From the human T2T-CHM13v2.0 reference genome, Homo sapiens: a DNA stretch of 64,000 nucleotides. Within the stretch, counting starts at the first letter, position 1. Every line of letters starts with the position of its first letter. Shown piece after piece: positions 13,126 through 26,400 of the stretch. Position numbers and translations under genes: made by a program. The notes below the pieces were generated by a model that had not been told where the DNA came from, made no database searches, and saw only the letters and a program-made list of their open reading frames with translations. The DNA lies in assembly GCF_009914755.1 (NCBI RefSeq), contig NC_060929.1; one strand, 5' to 3'.

Positions 13126-14819
13126 CAAGAATTATTTATTAAAAATAAAATGAACCACACACAGCAATTTATATATTGTGGATGAATGTATAGAGCTCAT
13201 GTATGTATCCATCTGATCTCTAAACTGATGATTATTAAAATAATAAATTTTCTGTCTGAGTGGAGTTCCTTTATCTTTTCCCAACTTCTGTGGGTCCTCA
13301 GACAACTATCTTTCAATCATCAGTAGTCAATAGCATGCAGGTTTTTTTCTTTGTATTACATGTCTTCAGAGGACAGGGTAATTGAATCCTTACTAAAAAA
13401 AATTTGGGGCAAAAGTCATATGCAGTCTAGCCAAGTCATGATACTAAAACATTAACTTTGACTCCAGTGACTGCTATTGACCACACATTAAAGGTAAAGT
13501 TTGGGTCAGCTATCTTTGAGCTAATGGAGATGCAAAGGAGTGTCAAACTGAAGTCATTATCTTTCATCTACATTTTGCTTTCTTCTTGCAGAAGGAATCA
13601 AAATGCGTTTCATGGGCCCCGCAAACATTCAGTTGATGTCCAGGCCATAAGACTGCAGTTCTGTTAGCTTACGTTGGCTTTCACAATCGAAAACAGGGTT
13701 GCAAAATGATAGTAAACAATGTTCTCACTGAAGATCCATTTTATCGGTCTTTCCTGATCCCACTGGAATGTAATCATTTTGATGCCAGCCTAACCAAAAC
13801 AAAGTAGCAGACATGCCCTGCAATAAGCCTCAGCTGAGCAGCTGGAGACGTGATAAACACCTGGCTTCAGAAGTTAATAAAAAGCTTGTATCAGCAGCTT
13901 TACTGATCTTTGTTAACAAGGGTATGTGTGGCTTTGCATCATCATGTCAGTGTTCTAAACAAACAAGGATATGGGCAAATCCAGAAGTCACATGCAAAAC
14001 GCAGACTCCTTGTGCATCTACCCCAAAGATTTATGATTTTTTTAAAGCTAGAAACTCATATTATTCGAGGAAGCGAAACTTTTTAAAGCAAATATCAAGT
14101 GCCTTATTTGCTTTGGACTCCAGAGACAGAAAGAGAAACAATTAAAATCAAATAAAAGTATCAAGTAATGACTCTCAAATTGTTGCAATAAGCAGGTGAC
14201 TTCAGTACATATTAGCCAAGCAATTATTGGGTCTCAGTAACATCAGCTCTGACTTGCTGACTTCCCAGGGCAGCTCTGAGGCCAGTGTTGTAGAGGCTTC
14301 TCCATTGTGAGCCTGTGCGTGTTTCTATCCGCAAATCTTTTTGCTCTAACTTTATAAAGTTAGGAATAAGTGGTACTGAGTTGGTTGTGATTTTTTTTCT
14401 TGTAACTTCTTGGAACTCTGTTCATTCTTGTTTTGATATTTTCTCAGCATATCACAGAATAATAAGAGCATTCTCCCTTACTTTTCATGTCCTTCCCTTT
14501 CCGTATACCCTCCCACTTGTTTTGCTATAAAGTTTCCCCATAACTTTTCTCTTTCCACATCCTCTGTCAACATGAAATTCTAACTTCGCATTGCTTCATT
14601 CATAATCTTTATACCTGTACCTCCTCTATGTGTTCTTTAAAAAGCCAAAAATACAAGCATCTTTCCAAAAATTAGAGAACTTTAGGGTCTTTTAGAGAGC
14701 ATTTGGTGATGTCCATACTTTTGTTTTAAGCGGGACTACACACATATTATTGCAATTAGATGAAGAGCTATTCTGTTTTAAACAATCTACAAAGAAGACA
14801 ATTCTAGTTTATACTTATT

Positions 14820-15233
14820 GATGCTAGCTGCTTATCAAATCCATTTTCTCCTCCCCGGAAATGGGGCATATTTCCTAATTTCCTTTGCAGTTAAAGTGGC
14901 CTTGTGACTGAGCTTTAGCCAGGGACCATGTATAGGAAAAAGTTCCACTCATAGTCCTGGACCTTATAAACTTTCCATAAATAGACCTCCATTCTCCTCC
15001 TCTTCCCTCTGGCTGGGATGGAGAAGAGTCCCAGGATGACCCTGGAAAACATCTGTTGAAAACAACAAAGCTTCCATCACTCTGTACTTCTGAATGATTG
15101 TGTTGAAAAGTGTCAATCAACCTTTCTTCACCCATTTAGTAAGCATGACTAACAAATATGTCTATATTACTTTCAGGCCAGAATACATTTCTGCCTTATT
15201 TGTAATAAAAGCTAGCATTATTCTAATGAGTAC
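14820..15233 (+). mobile_element. MLT1 (I/J-like) solo LTR
   Basis: tttcctttgcagttaaagtggccttgtgactgagct, and a 3' end of aaagctagcattattctaatgagtaca. Confidence 0.65.
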
Positions 15234-15869
15234 AATAGCAGCTTAATATTAAAACTGTCATTCTGTGAGTCATGTGTATCATTTCATTCCACTGATCTAA
15301 GCTTATGAAACAAATGCTCTCTCTTTGACATGTCTTAGAAATCTTTGCTGATAGTATAAAAGGCTTTTTGACTTTATTTCCTTTCTTATTATCTTAAATT
15401 CACTTTTATTTTACATATAAGATTTAAGGTCTGTACAGAATCCATGATTTTCCTATCAAATTCTCCATTCATTTTTTATTTCACTACCACCACCACTATA
15501 ATTTTCTTTCTAGACTTTTTCAGCAGCAATTTAAAATTTTTATACATAGTTAAATTGTCTGTTTTCTCTTTCATATGTAAGAATTGGCTAAGAAAAAGTA
15601 TAAGGAGCAATTTTTTAAAATGTGGAATCCCAAGTGTATATACTATATAACTTTATATTGAAAAATTAGCCCACTTTTTGACTTGGCCAAAACATTACAA
15701 CTAGCATTTCACTTTATACAATATCTTGTTTTTAGAATTACAATATTAGGTCTTCTTTTCCAAACACAAAATACCTCTAGGCTGCTTTCTTTTACTCTTT
15801 GGTGACAGGTGCATTAAGAACATGTTATTACTTTAGTTTTTTCTTATAAAAGTAAAATATGCTTGATAT

Positions 15870-16264
15870 TTTATTAAGCCATTCTTCCATTGCTGTAAAG
15901 AAATACCTGAGACTGGGTAATTTATAAAGAAAAGAGATTTAATTGGCTCATGGTTGTGCAGGCTGTATACGAAGCATGGCACCAGCATCTGCTGCGGAAG
16001 CTTCGGGGAGCTTTTACCCATGCAGAAGGCCAAGCGAGAGCTTGCACATCACATGGCAAAAGCAGGAGCAAGAGTCAAGGGGCAGGTACCACACACACTT
16101 AAACAACCAGATCTTGCAATAACTCATTCACTGCTGTGAGGATAGCACCAAACCATGGGGGATTTGCCCACATGACCCGCCACCTCCCACAAAGGGCCAC
16201 CTCCAATATTGGGGGATGACATTTCAACATGAGATTTGGGGAGATAAATATCCAAACCGTATCA
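15870..16264 (-). mobile_element. MSTA-like solo LTR
   Basis: ttaagccattcttccattgctgtaaagaaatacctgagactgggtaatttataaag...atccaaaccgtatca. Perfect TSD GATAT at 15865-15869 and 16265-16269. Confidence 0.92.
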
Positions 16265-16339
16265 GATATTAGAAGTCAAACAATACAGAGTTCAATAAAA
16301 TAGAAGTAAAATTTGACTTTCTCTCCTGAGATTGAGTTC

Positions 16340-16980
16340 ATGTAAGGTCCAATGCCCACTGCTCAAAAAACATGAGCTACTAGATTACATGTAACAGAGA
16401 TATTGAAATAAGGTGTGGTAAACAGCAACAGTGCCCTATTGAAAATAAAGTGTCCACATTCTTCAAGGACCACATCAAAGAAAATCTTACTCTTAACATG
16501 AGACTGGATATTTGTCCTCACATGGGAGACAGACCAAATAGATTAGAATGCTATTGCCCAAGAGAGATATAAGAGGAGTAATGGGGAAGGCCATAGGGTC
16601 TTTGTTTAGGGTTAGCAGCATTTGCAAACTGAGAAAATTGCTTGTGATGTCTATATGCAAGAAGGGGAACTCAAACCTTGCTCCATGGTTGGAGATTACT
16701 AAAATAGCATGGTTTCATGTTTGGGAAGCAAAGCTAAAAGGACTGCCTCCTGAAAGGAAAGGTAGATAGATCCTATTTGAGTTTGCAGGCCCAGTGTTGG
16801 GAAAAGAAGGTACAAAAATATGATGGCTGCATCATATATTGGTTCTCTCCAACATGAGGCAAAGAGATGTGTGTATCAGAGGAATTCATGTGGGATGCAC
16901 ACAGTTGGGATCAGTTTGGATATGTAACCTAGTCTCAAAGAGTTGGGTGGTACCTTGAAATCTCTTTGAGATTGTATTAC
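16340..16980 (+). mobile_element. Probable L3/CR1 LINE 3' fragment
   Basis: Degenerate CR1-like passages (ctggatatttgtcctca...gagacagaccaaatagattagaa and tcagtttggatatgtaacct). Very old. Confidence 0.45.
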
Positions 16981-17306
16981 ATCACTAGGACCTGTTGGGC
17001 CTCACTTACCTGAGACCTAGACAAAGGCCTAGGTCAGTTGTGATGACTAACAGAAATGTGACGGCAAATTCATGACCACCAACATAGAAGTTCACATAAA
17101 AGACATAAATTGAAGTACAGAAGCAAACATTTAACTTGCAATGGAAAGCCCTCTTCCAGCACCAAAATGAGACTATTAGCCACAGAGGAGGGATGGGGTG
17201 AGCAATAGGAGACTAAGTCCATGATATTTTTTTCCTACCCCTCAACACCCTTCACACACAGAAACTGACAATGGACCCACATCTTTAGTCTTGAGGGGGA
17301 CAGGGC

Positions 17307-17505
17307 ATTGGTGGGCTGGTAAATGTTTAACAACTGGTTCTCTAGAAGGAAAATGTGACTTGTAATATTTGACGATTTCCATAGTGTAAATACTCCCATC
17401 ATGGCCAATGTCAAGCTCCAACAGCACATCACTGAACTTTGAGTTGGAAAGAAATATGCACACTAGGCTTTTGTGAGCTGTCTCAAGCTGGCTTCATCAC
17501 ATTAG
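17307..17505 (-). mobile_element. MER63A-like hAT DNA transposon
   Basis: ggtgggctggtaaatgtttaacaactggttctct...gtgtaaatactcccatcatggccaatgtcaagct...cactgaac is the reverse complement of the MER63 consensus as I recall it. Confidence 0.8.
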
Positions 17506-17869
17506 CAGGAAAGGTAAGAGCTGTGGGTATGAGATTATAATTCTGTAATGAAAAATCATAAGAATTAGTAAAAATGAGATCATTTTATTAATTGAAAAGT
17601 GATAACATCAGATTGAGGAGTTTTCAAAGTTTCTGATAGATGTCCAGTGGGAAAAAGGATTGGATACAACACAATTAGTAGCAGTTATTAAAAAAATAAA
17701 AGTTGTTTGTTGTTTCTAACTTACGAAGTGGGGATTTTTAATCAACCCAGTCATAGAATTCTTGGATACACAGCCAAGCAGTAAACTAAGAGAGGAAATT
17801 TACCACAGGGGGAGCTCAAAGGTAGCATAGCGGAGCTAGATGTAAAAGAATTAAAGTTGCCGTGTATAA

Positions 17870-18124
17870 GTCTTTAACCTCCTTGGTTTACTTTATACCT
17901 AAGCATGCTATTATATGAAATTGTTTTCTTAATTTCCTTTTTAGGTGTTCATTATTAGTATATAGAAATACAACTGATTTTTGTATGCAGATTTTGTATC
18001 CTATAACTTTACCAAATTCACTTATTCATTCTAATAGTTTTTTTTTTTTTTTGGAGTCTTTAGGGTTTTCTACCTGTAAAATTATGTAATCTCCAAACAG
18101 AGCTCATTTTACTTCTTCCTTCTT
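17870..18124 (-). mobile_element. L1M ORF2 fragment, inverted relative to the adjacent 3' UTR
   Basis: ttagtatatagaaatacaactgatttttgtatgcagattttgtatcctataactttacc is the antisense L1 RT region. Confidence 0.85.
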
Positions 18125-20010
18125 GGGTAGTTGCCAGGGGCTGGGGGGAGGAAGAAAGAGAGGGTTGTTTAATGGGATAAAGTTTTAGATGAATGTGTTC
18201 TAGAGATACACTATACAGCATAGTGCCTATAGTTAACAACATTACATTATGAACTTAAAAATTTGTTAAGAAAGACCAATGACACAGAAGAAAGAACCCA
18301 GAAATAAATTCATTTATTTACAGTCAGTTGATCATTGACAGAGTTACCAAGAACACACAATGGGGAAAGGACAGTCTCTTCAATAAATGCTGAGAAAACT
18401 GGATATCCACATGCAGAAGAATGTAATTAGACCCTTAATTCATACCACATACAAAAATCAACTGAAAGTGGATTAAAGACTTAAACATTAGATCTGAAAC
18501 TGTAAAACTACTAGAAGAAAACATAGAGAAAAAGCTTCTTGACATTGGTCTAGGCAATAATTTTTTGGATATGACCCCAAAAGCACAAGCAACAAAGCAA
18601 AAATAGACAAATGGGATTGAATCAAGTTAAAAAGCCTCTCCATAGCAAAGGAAACAATAAACAGAGTAAAGAGACAACCTATGGAGTAGGAGAAAGAACT
18701 TGCAAACCATATTCCTGATAAAGAGCTAATGTCCAAAGTACATAAGGAACTCAAACTACTCAATTGCAAGGCAACAAACAACCTGATTTAAAAATGTGCA
18801 AAATACCTGAAAAGATATTTCTCAAAAGGAAACATATAATGGCCAACACATATATGAATCACTCTTATTCACTCAACATCACTGATTATCAGGGAATTGC
18901 AAATTAAAATCACAATAAGATATCTTTTCACACCTGTTAGAAAGCTATTATCAAAAAGACAAAGGATAACAAGCGTTGGCGAGGATGTGGAGAAAAGGGA
19001 ATGCTTGTACATTTGTGGGTAAATTGGCACAGCTATTATGGAGAACAGTATGGAAGTTCCTCAAAAAATTAAAAATAGAGCCACCATATTATCTAGAGAT
19101 CCCACTTCTAGGAATACATCCAAAAGAAATGAAATTAGTATGTTGAAGAGATATTTGCACTCCCAAGTTCATTGCAGTATTATTCACAATAGCTATGATA
19201 TGGAATGAACCCAAGTGTCCACTGATGGATGAATGAATAAAGAAGATGTGGTATAAATATACAATGGAATACAATTTGGCCTTATGAAAAGAAAATCCTG
19301 CCATTTGTGACAACATGGATAAAATTGGAATACATTATGCTAAGTGAAATAAGCCAGGCACAGAAAGACAAACACTGAAAGATCTCACTTACATGTGGAG
19401 TCTAAGAAAGCCAAACTCATCGAAGCAGAAAGTAGAATGGTGGTTGCTAGGGTTAAGGCAGAGGAGGGAAAATGAGAACATGTTGGATAAAGGGGGTGTG
19501 AACTTTCAGTTAAATGGATAAATAAGTTCTAAAGAACTATTGTACAGCATGGTGACTATAGTTAATAATAATATATTACATACTTGAAAATTGCTAAGAG
19601 AGTGGATCTTATGACCAAAACATATGTGAGGCAATAGATATGTTAATTAGCTTGAATCAATCATTTCACAAGATATATCTATCTATCTATCTATATGTCA
19701 AAACATCACATTATATACTGTAAAATATATAAAATTTTTATTTGTCAATTATACCTTAATAAAACTGGGAGAAATTGTTAAGAGGATAAATCACATGTTA
19801 AGTGTTCTCACAGCAACAAAAAGCAGAGCAAAACAAAATGAAACAACAAACAAGAAGCACAAGACAACTTTTGGAGGTGATGAACATGTGTATTACTTTG
19901 CAGTGATGATTTCACGGGTGTATGCCTATGTCCAAACTGATCGAATTGTATCTATTAAACGTGCAGCTTTTTGTATATCAATTATACCTCAATAAAGCTT
20001 TTTTTAAAAA
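18125..20010 (+). mobile_element. L1MB-type 3' UTR interrupted by a younger L1MA
   Basis: gttgccaggggctgggggga...cttaaaaatttgttaaga (to about 18271) resumes at about 19775 with ttgttaagaggataaatcacatgttaagtgttctc...tcaattatacctcaataaagc. Confidence 0.8.
18272..19772 (+). mobile_element. L1MA (about MA7-MA9) ORF2 3' end and 3' UTR, 5'-truncated
   Basis: Decayed ORF2 C-terminus (ggggaaaggacagtctcttcaataaatg...), with a UTR ending tttgtcaattataccttaataaaactggg. TSD-like aa(t)ttgttaaga on both sides. Confidence 0.88.
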
Positions 20011-20029
20011 ATTGACTAATGGTTGTAAT

Positions 20030-20935
20030 ATATTCTTTATGGCTGTGGCTGGGGTTCTACTTCCCATATGTAATATTGGTTTAGGGGTCCAGCCACAAAC
20101 TCTTTGCATGTGGGGATTATCAAGTCTAAAACCAGCCATTCATAACTCTATGAAAAGGGCATTAGAAAACCCCAATCCTCCCAGCCTGGAAAGGAGGCAA
20201 AGAAATATGCTGTCAGCTTGGAATCTTTGGAAGAAAAAACCAAGCCATGAAAAATAATGTCTAAGCTTAGGCTCTTCGCATTAAAACTAATACATAGCTG
20301 GTGCACTCCCAGGGGCTAAGTGAGGCAGAGCAAAAACAACTGTGGAGAAAAATGTGCACAGCTCAGGGCACACAAACTTTCCACCAAATATAAGCCCTCT
20401 TGGGATAGATCTCACAGACATCACAAAACACTCAAGGAAATGAATCACTCTGGGGAATAAATAGCAGATGACAAATGGGGGCAATTGTACCCCCAAGAAC
20501 TAAAAAAATTAAACATTCTAAAAGAGACTTTAAGAAAAATTTAAATGTTTGATAAGATGAAGGAAGGTGTAGAACAAATAGACAAGAAAAGAAAAATATG
20601 AGAACAGGAAACTCAAATTTTGTAAAGGACCAAATGGAACTTCTGGAATAAAAGTATAGTCACTGAATTTAAAAAAAAGCTCAATGAGTGTGTTAAGTAG
20701 TAGATTAGGCACAGAATACCATATAATTGGAAGACAGAACTGAGAAAATTATCCAAAAGGCAGCCTAAGAAGAAATAAATGGAAAATATAAAAGGATCAG
20801 AGACATGTGGTATGGAATGAGAAGATTCAAACAGCACACAGAAGTTCTAGAGAGCAAAAGTAGAAAGAGGAGAAGACAAGCAATGAATAGCAGAATGAGC
20901 AGATAATTTCCAGGAGTACATGGTATTATGCCTAA
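20030..20935 (+). mobile_element. Ancient L1 5' UTR/ORF1 (L1M/HAL1-like) fragment
   Basis: A-rich ORF1-like remnant: ggaccaaatggaacttctggaataaaagtatagtcactgaatttaaaa...aagtagtagattaggcacag. Confidence 0.6.
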
Positions 20936-20939
20936 AAGA

Positions 20940-22175
20940 CTGGTCCTGTCCTGTTCATTTTTCACCTCTTTTTCTCATCTGTGGTAACTGCACTAATTCC
21001 CTGGTGATAAATACTGTATTTATGACTGTGGCTCAAAAATGTATATCTTTAATCCAGACTTTAGTTTTGAATTCCAGACTCATATATATACACTTGATTA
21101 TATTCATTTATATATTTCACAGGCATCTAAAAATGAGCTGGTTGAAACCTGAATGTTTTATGTTTCTAAACCAATGTTTCCACGTCAGTAAACCATCATC
21201 TCCATTCACTCAAATGCTAAAGAGAGATATCTAGGAATTATTTTTGAAACCTTCCTCTTTCTTTTGGCCCTGATCTAATCCTTCACCAAATTCTGTTCAC
21301 TGAACCTCCAAAAAGCTCTGACACCATCATCTTAGTCCTCTGCCACTGCTTGTCCCTTAATAGTTTCTTAATTAATCCTCCCATTCTCACTCTTGTCATT
21401 CTCCAATTGATTCACCACATAGGAGCCAAAAAGGATGTCTTAAAAACACAAAGTAGATGCTGTCACTCTCCAGCTTACAATTCTCCATTGGTTTCTCTCT
21501 TTCATTGAAAAATTCAAGCTCCTTTGCATGGTTAATGTAGACGCAACAATGTCCCCCATCCAAAGATCCAGAACCTGTGAATATGTTAGGTCACATGGCA
21601 AAGGTGAATCAAGGCTTCAGATGGAATTAAATTGTTAATTAGCTGGCCCTAAAATGAGGAGAGAAGCCTGGATTTTCAAGGCGGGCCCAGTGTAATCACA
21701 AGGATCCTCAGAAGTGTAAGAGGGGAACAGTAGAGAGAGTGATGGATTGTCAGAAGGACTGAACCGACTTAACCGCTGCTGGCTGCGAGGATGGAAGGGG
21801 GTTATGAACAAAAAAAGGCAGGCAGAAAAGGCATCCTCCTCTAGGCTTTTAGAAAGGAACATAGTCCTGCCAATGTTCTGATTCTAGCCCAGAAAGACCT
21901 GTTTTGTACTTCTGACTTCCACAACTGTAGGATCATAACTTTATGCTGTTTTAAGCCACAAAGTTTATGGTAATTTGTTACAACAATAGAAAGTGATACC
22001 TCAGCTTCCAGGACCCTGGCATCATTTGGCCGTTGTTCCCCTCTTCAGTCCCCCCGCGGCACTCCCCTGCTCATTGTGCTCTGGCCACCCTGCCTTTCCT
22101 CTGCCCCTCTATGCTGAGCTCTTGGCCAGGATTAGAGCTTTCTTATCTCCCTTTTCCTCTGCTTGAAGTACACTT
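20940..22175. mobile_element. L2 fragment split by an MLT1 LTR
   Basis: aattccagactcatatatatacacttg...cacaggcatctaaaaatgagc and aaaacacaaagtagatgctgtcactctccagcttaca. Continues after 22000. Confidence 0.7.
21536..22000 (+). mobile_element. MLT1D-like solo LTR
   Basis: cagaacctgtgaatatgttaggtcacatggcaaaggtgaatcaagg...ctgttttaagccacaaagtttatggtaatttgttaca. Confidence 0.88.
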
Positions 22176-22181
22176 CCCCTG

Positions 22182-22400
22182 GTGTCTTAGTTCAGGTTCT
22201 CCCAGAAGCAAACCTTCATATAAGTACTTGAATTCAAGTTATTCATTTGTAAGGTTGTCCCAGAAACACAGGTAGAGGAATAGGAGACTGGGTCAAGGAA
22301 AAACAAATAGCCAATAAGGAAACACTAATGAGCTGGTCACCACTATGGACAGCTGGAGTTTACTCCTGCTGGGGAATTCTGTAAAACAGCAAAGACTAAC
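22182..22400 (-). mobile_element. ERVL LTR fragment (LTR33-like)
   Basis: tgtcttagttcaggttctcccagaagcaaacc... is the reverse of the terminus type seen at about 2300. Confidence 0.6.
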
Positions 22401-24802
22401 TCTATTTGGAATATCACGGTACACACAGCACCTATTTTATGCACTTAATAGATATTTGTTTCATGAATAAATAGAGAATAAATTAATAAGCCAGCTAGCA
22501 CATGAATAGTGCTCACTATGTGCTACCTGGAACGTGATGAACTTTAATAAATTTTTGCTGCTTTGCTATATTTGCAGGTTTGTTAATTCTGAGGTCGTCT
22601 TTTTTCTTTTATATGCTATATAGCCTCAAAGTAGCCACTCAGACTTTCTATTTAATCATCTAATGCCTTAATGCCAACTGAATTTGTAATGCTCACTCCA
22701 AGAGAAGGAGTAGAAATGAAGGAGCCTCTATGATCACCTGGAAAATCTTTCGGTAAACACATAGAGGTTGGAAAATGGGGATATACTAAGCTGGAGGGAA
22801 GAGGTATATGTTCAATGGAAAAATTCCCTGAGTGATTTTGATAGTGCCTTCTCATTACGACAATGACATGAAATGAGCCAAATCATTCTCACAATTTCAT
22901 TATTCATTTCAAGCAATTATTGTTTTGATTTTATTTTTCAAATGATGATCGCTTCTGGGCACGAAGCACTTGCCATCACCTTTCCAGTTCAAAATTCTTT
23001 TTTGCACCATTTAAGTTTTTGGTCTTATAAAAGCATTGACCTTTCTTAAAAGTAGCTTGTTAAAATCATGAACTAAAGTGTTCAAGTGTCATTCGGTTAC
23101 AAGTCTCACAGATACTGTGTGGCATGTGGCTTTTGCTCACAAAATTGTTCAAGTAATGGTACTTGAGTATTTATTTTATACATGCTAGGAATCAAAGAAT
23201 ACCAAATAACAACTATACCCTTATTCAGTAATAAGGTTAGATAAATAAAGATTCATTCTATATTTCAGTTCTGTATGAGATGTGTGTGTTTGAGGGGGGG
23301 TAGAGAATAAGAATTAACTGAATAAATCATTCAAGCTGTTCCTTACACAGGAAGCACTGCCATAATGGGCCACCATTAACTATAGGAGTATACTATATCG
23401 TTTAGGTATGTTGGGATGGACACAAAAATGAGACCTGCTTTATTAAGTCATACCAAGATTTGTGTTTTTAGCTCAACAGTGCATTGTATAATACTGGTCT
23501 GGCTTGTGATGTGTTCAACTGAAAACCAAAAAATTATGCTTTGTCCTCTAACATACAATCTTTGTGAAGAAAAAACAAAGCTACAAATAATATAAGCCAT
23601 TTATAAAGATGGCCTTGGAGATTCTCAAGACATGGGGTGAATATATCTGTCAGTTTGATGTTTGTCCACTACACTTCTTATGGTGAACTTTGAACTAATT
23701 TTTAATGGTTAGAATTGGTGACATAAGAAATGGTAAACTCTTCCTCTTCTTGGAGTCTGTGGCAGACCAGGGATCATGAAAAGTTTGTGTAAATAAATGT
23801 GCCACTCACTATTAAAGTTAATTCTAGATTCCTCCCAGTTGATTTAAATATGAAAATACATCAGAAGCTGTAGAAATAACTTTAGTTATTGAGGCCCCAA
23901 CATACTTTAAATATTGATTGACTTTAATTAAAGAAAGAGAAGGTAGACCTCCATCTTTGATAAAGTAATAGACTGACCTAAATGAAAACGAAGGCCCTAC
24001 AAGAAAAGTAAGAACCATTTTGGGTGCTAAGGTGATGAAAGAGGGCTACTAAAGCATGTGGTAGTGAGGCCAAGTGGTCTAAGAGGGCTCAAGGCTCAAG
24101 AGTGGGAATGTTTGTGAATGTTGAATGATAAACTGGAGAGTGAGAGAGGTAGGGCATATGTAACTAGTTACCAGTTCTCTTAGGAACTGATATGGAAACC
24201 ATATGGAGAAACCTTTTAGTGGAGTGATTCAAAATATATTGATGCCTTCTGCCCATCAAGGTTGTCCTTTTACTGGGGCTGCTGATCTCTTAACAGCATG
24301 GTAAGAGCAAGTAATACCACAGGAGGAAAACAAGCTGCTCTATCAGAGCAAAGGATAGGGAGAGAATTGGTAGGGGAAGGCAGAAGGCAATTAGATATCA
24401 GAAACCACAGAAACGTTTTGAGGACTGTGATCAACACAAAAGAGGGATGAAAGGAATAGAGGATTCCCAGTTCTAAACCAAACGAGAAAAAGAGAAATGC
24501 TTTTGTTGCAAACTTCTTTTTCCTTAGGGTACACCTAGAGGAATATATTCTTTCATTTTAAATAATTCATTAATTTAACAAGTTTATTAGGAGCCTACCA
24601 TGCACCAGGCACTATGCCAGGAACCGTAGTTCTTCCAAAGAACTAGACAAAGTCTTTGCCCCATGGAATTTATATTTTAAACAAGCTAGTCAATCAACAC
24701 ATAAAAAAGTAATTGGATCATAATAAGAACTATGAACAAAATAAAACAGGATGAAAGTGAGATTGATCAGGGTGGGTTGAGGTCATATTAAAGAAGGGTT
24801 CA

Positions 24803-25543
<741 letters not shown>

Positions 25544-26046
25544 TCACTTATTTGTTTGTGGAAGGAGTGTCAGTTGAGGGCCTACTAAATATCAGGCACT
25601 GTGCTGGGTGGTGTAAAATGCGTTGGTCGACAAACCAGCATAATCCTTATGCTCATGGATCATGATCTGGCAGAATTTTATAAAACTTCTCAAGGCCTGA
25701 TTCAAACACTTAGCCTACACACACTTGGACAGACACAAAAACTGAATGCTAGAATGGCACAAACACCTGACCTTTATGAGCAGGAAAATATCTCTTGTTT
25801 TTGGGTAAAGAGATGGCAAGAAACCTCCTTAAAGTTTTGTCACTAGCCAGTCTCGGAGTTTTCCTACTTTCTGCATTGTGTCAAGAGCTGTTTTATGACC
25901 TTCTCTCTGCTCGCTAGCAATTAGAGGAACACAGGTTTTGCACACTTAGACTTACTAATATTCATATCTGCAGGTCAATTTGAGTGACAGCATTTCTGGT
26001 CAGTAGAAATACTGACTGTGATTCAAGAAAAGAAATGACTAGATTT

Positions 26047-26260
26047 AAGACTATACTTTCAGGGATCATTTCTATAGCTCATTACTAGAGAAGTTCCCCT
26101 GAACGTGTAGAACACTGGCAACCATGAGGAGGACATGCAGTGTTCTGTCCTGAGTGTGAAGCTGGGTCTTGGTGTTGCTTTGCTGCAAGTACCATTTGCC
26201 ACTGATGATTGTTTTTGTCTCCCTCTGGGACAGTAAGGGAAAGGACACAGTCTGAGTGAT
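26047..26260 (+). pseudogene. Full-length U3 snoRNA (SNORD3-like) retrocopy
   Basis: Exact U3 5' end aagactatactttcagggatcatttctatag, then ttactagagaagtt..ctgaacgtgtag. Box C' gaggagga, box B ctgagtgtgaag, box C tgatga, box D gtctgagt. Length 214 nt, followed by an A-rich tail. Confidence 0.95.
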
Positions 26261-26268
26261 TATTATTG

Positions 26269-26400
26269 AAAGCGGGAAAGAAACAGAGAGAAGAAATGAA
26301 GAGAAAGAAACAAAGAAGAAAGAGAGAGAAAGACAGAAAGAAAGAAAGAATAAAGAAAGAGAAGAAAAGAGAAAAAAAGAAAGGAAAAGAAAAGAAAAAC
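26269..26400 (+). repeat. GA-rich low-complexity tract, probably the decayed poly(A) tail of the U3 copy
   Basis: Almost pure purine run of (GAAA)n/(GA)n units directly 3' of the U3 copy. Confidence 0.8.
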
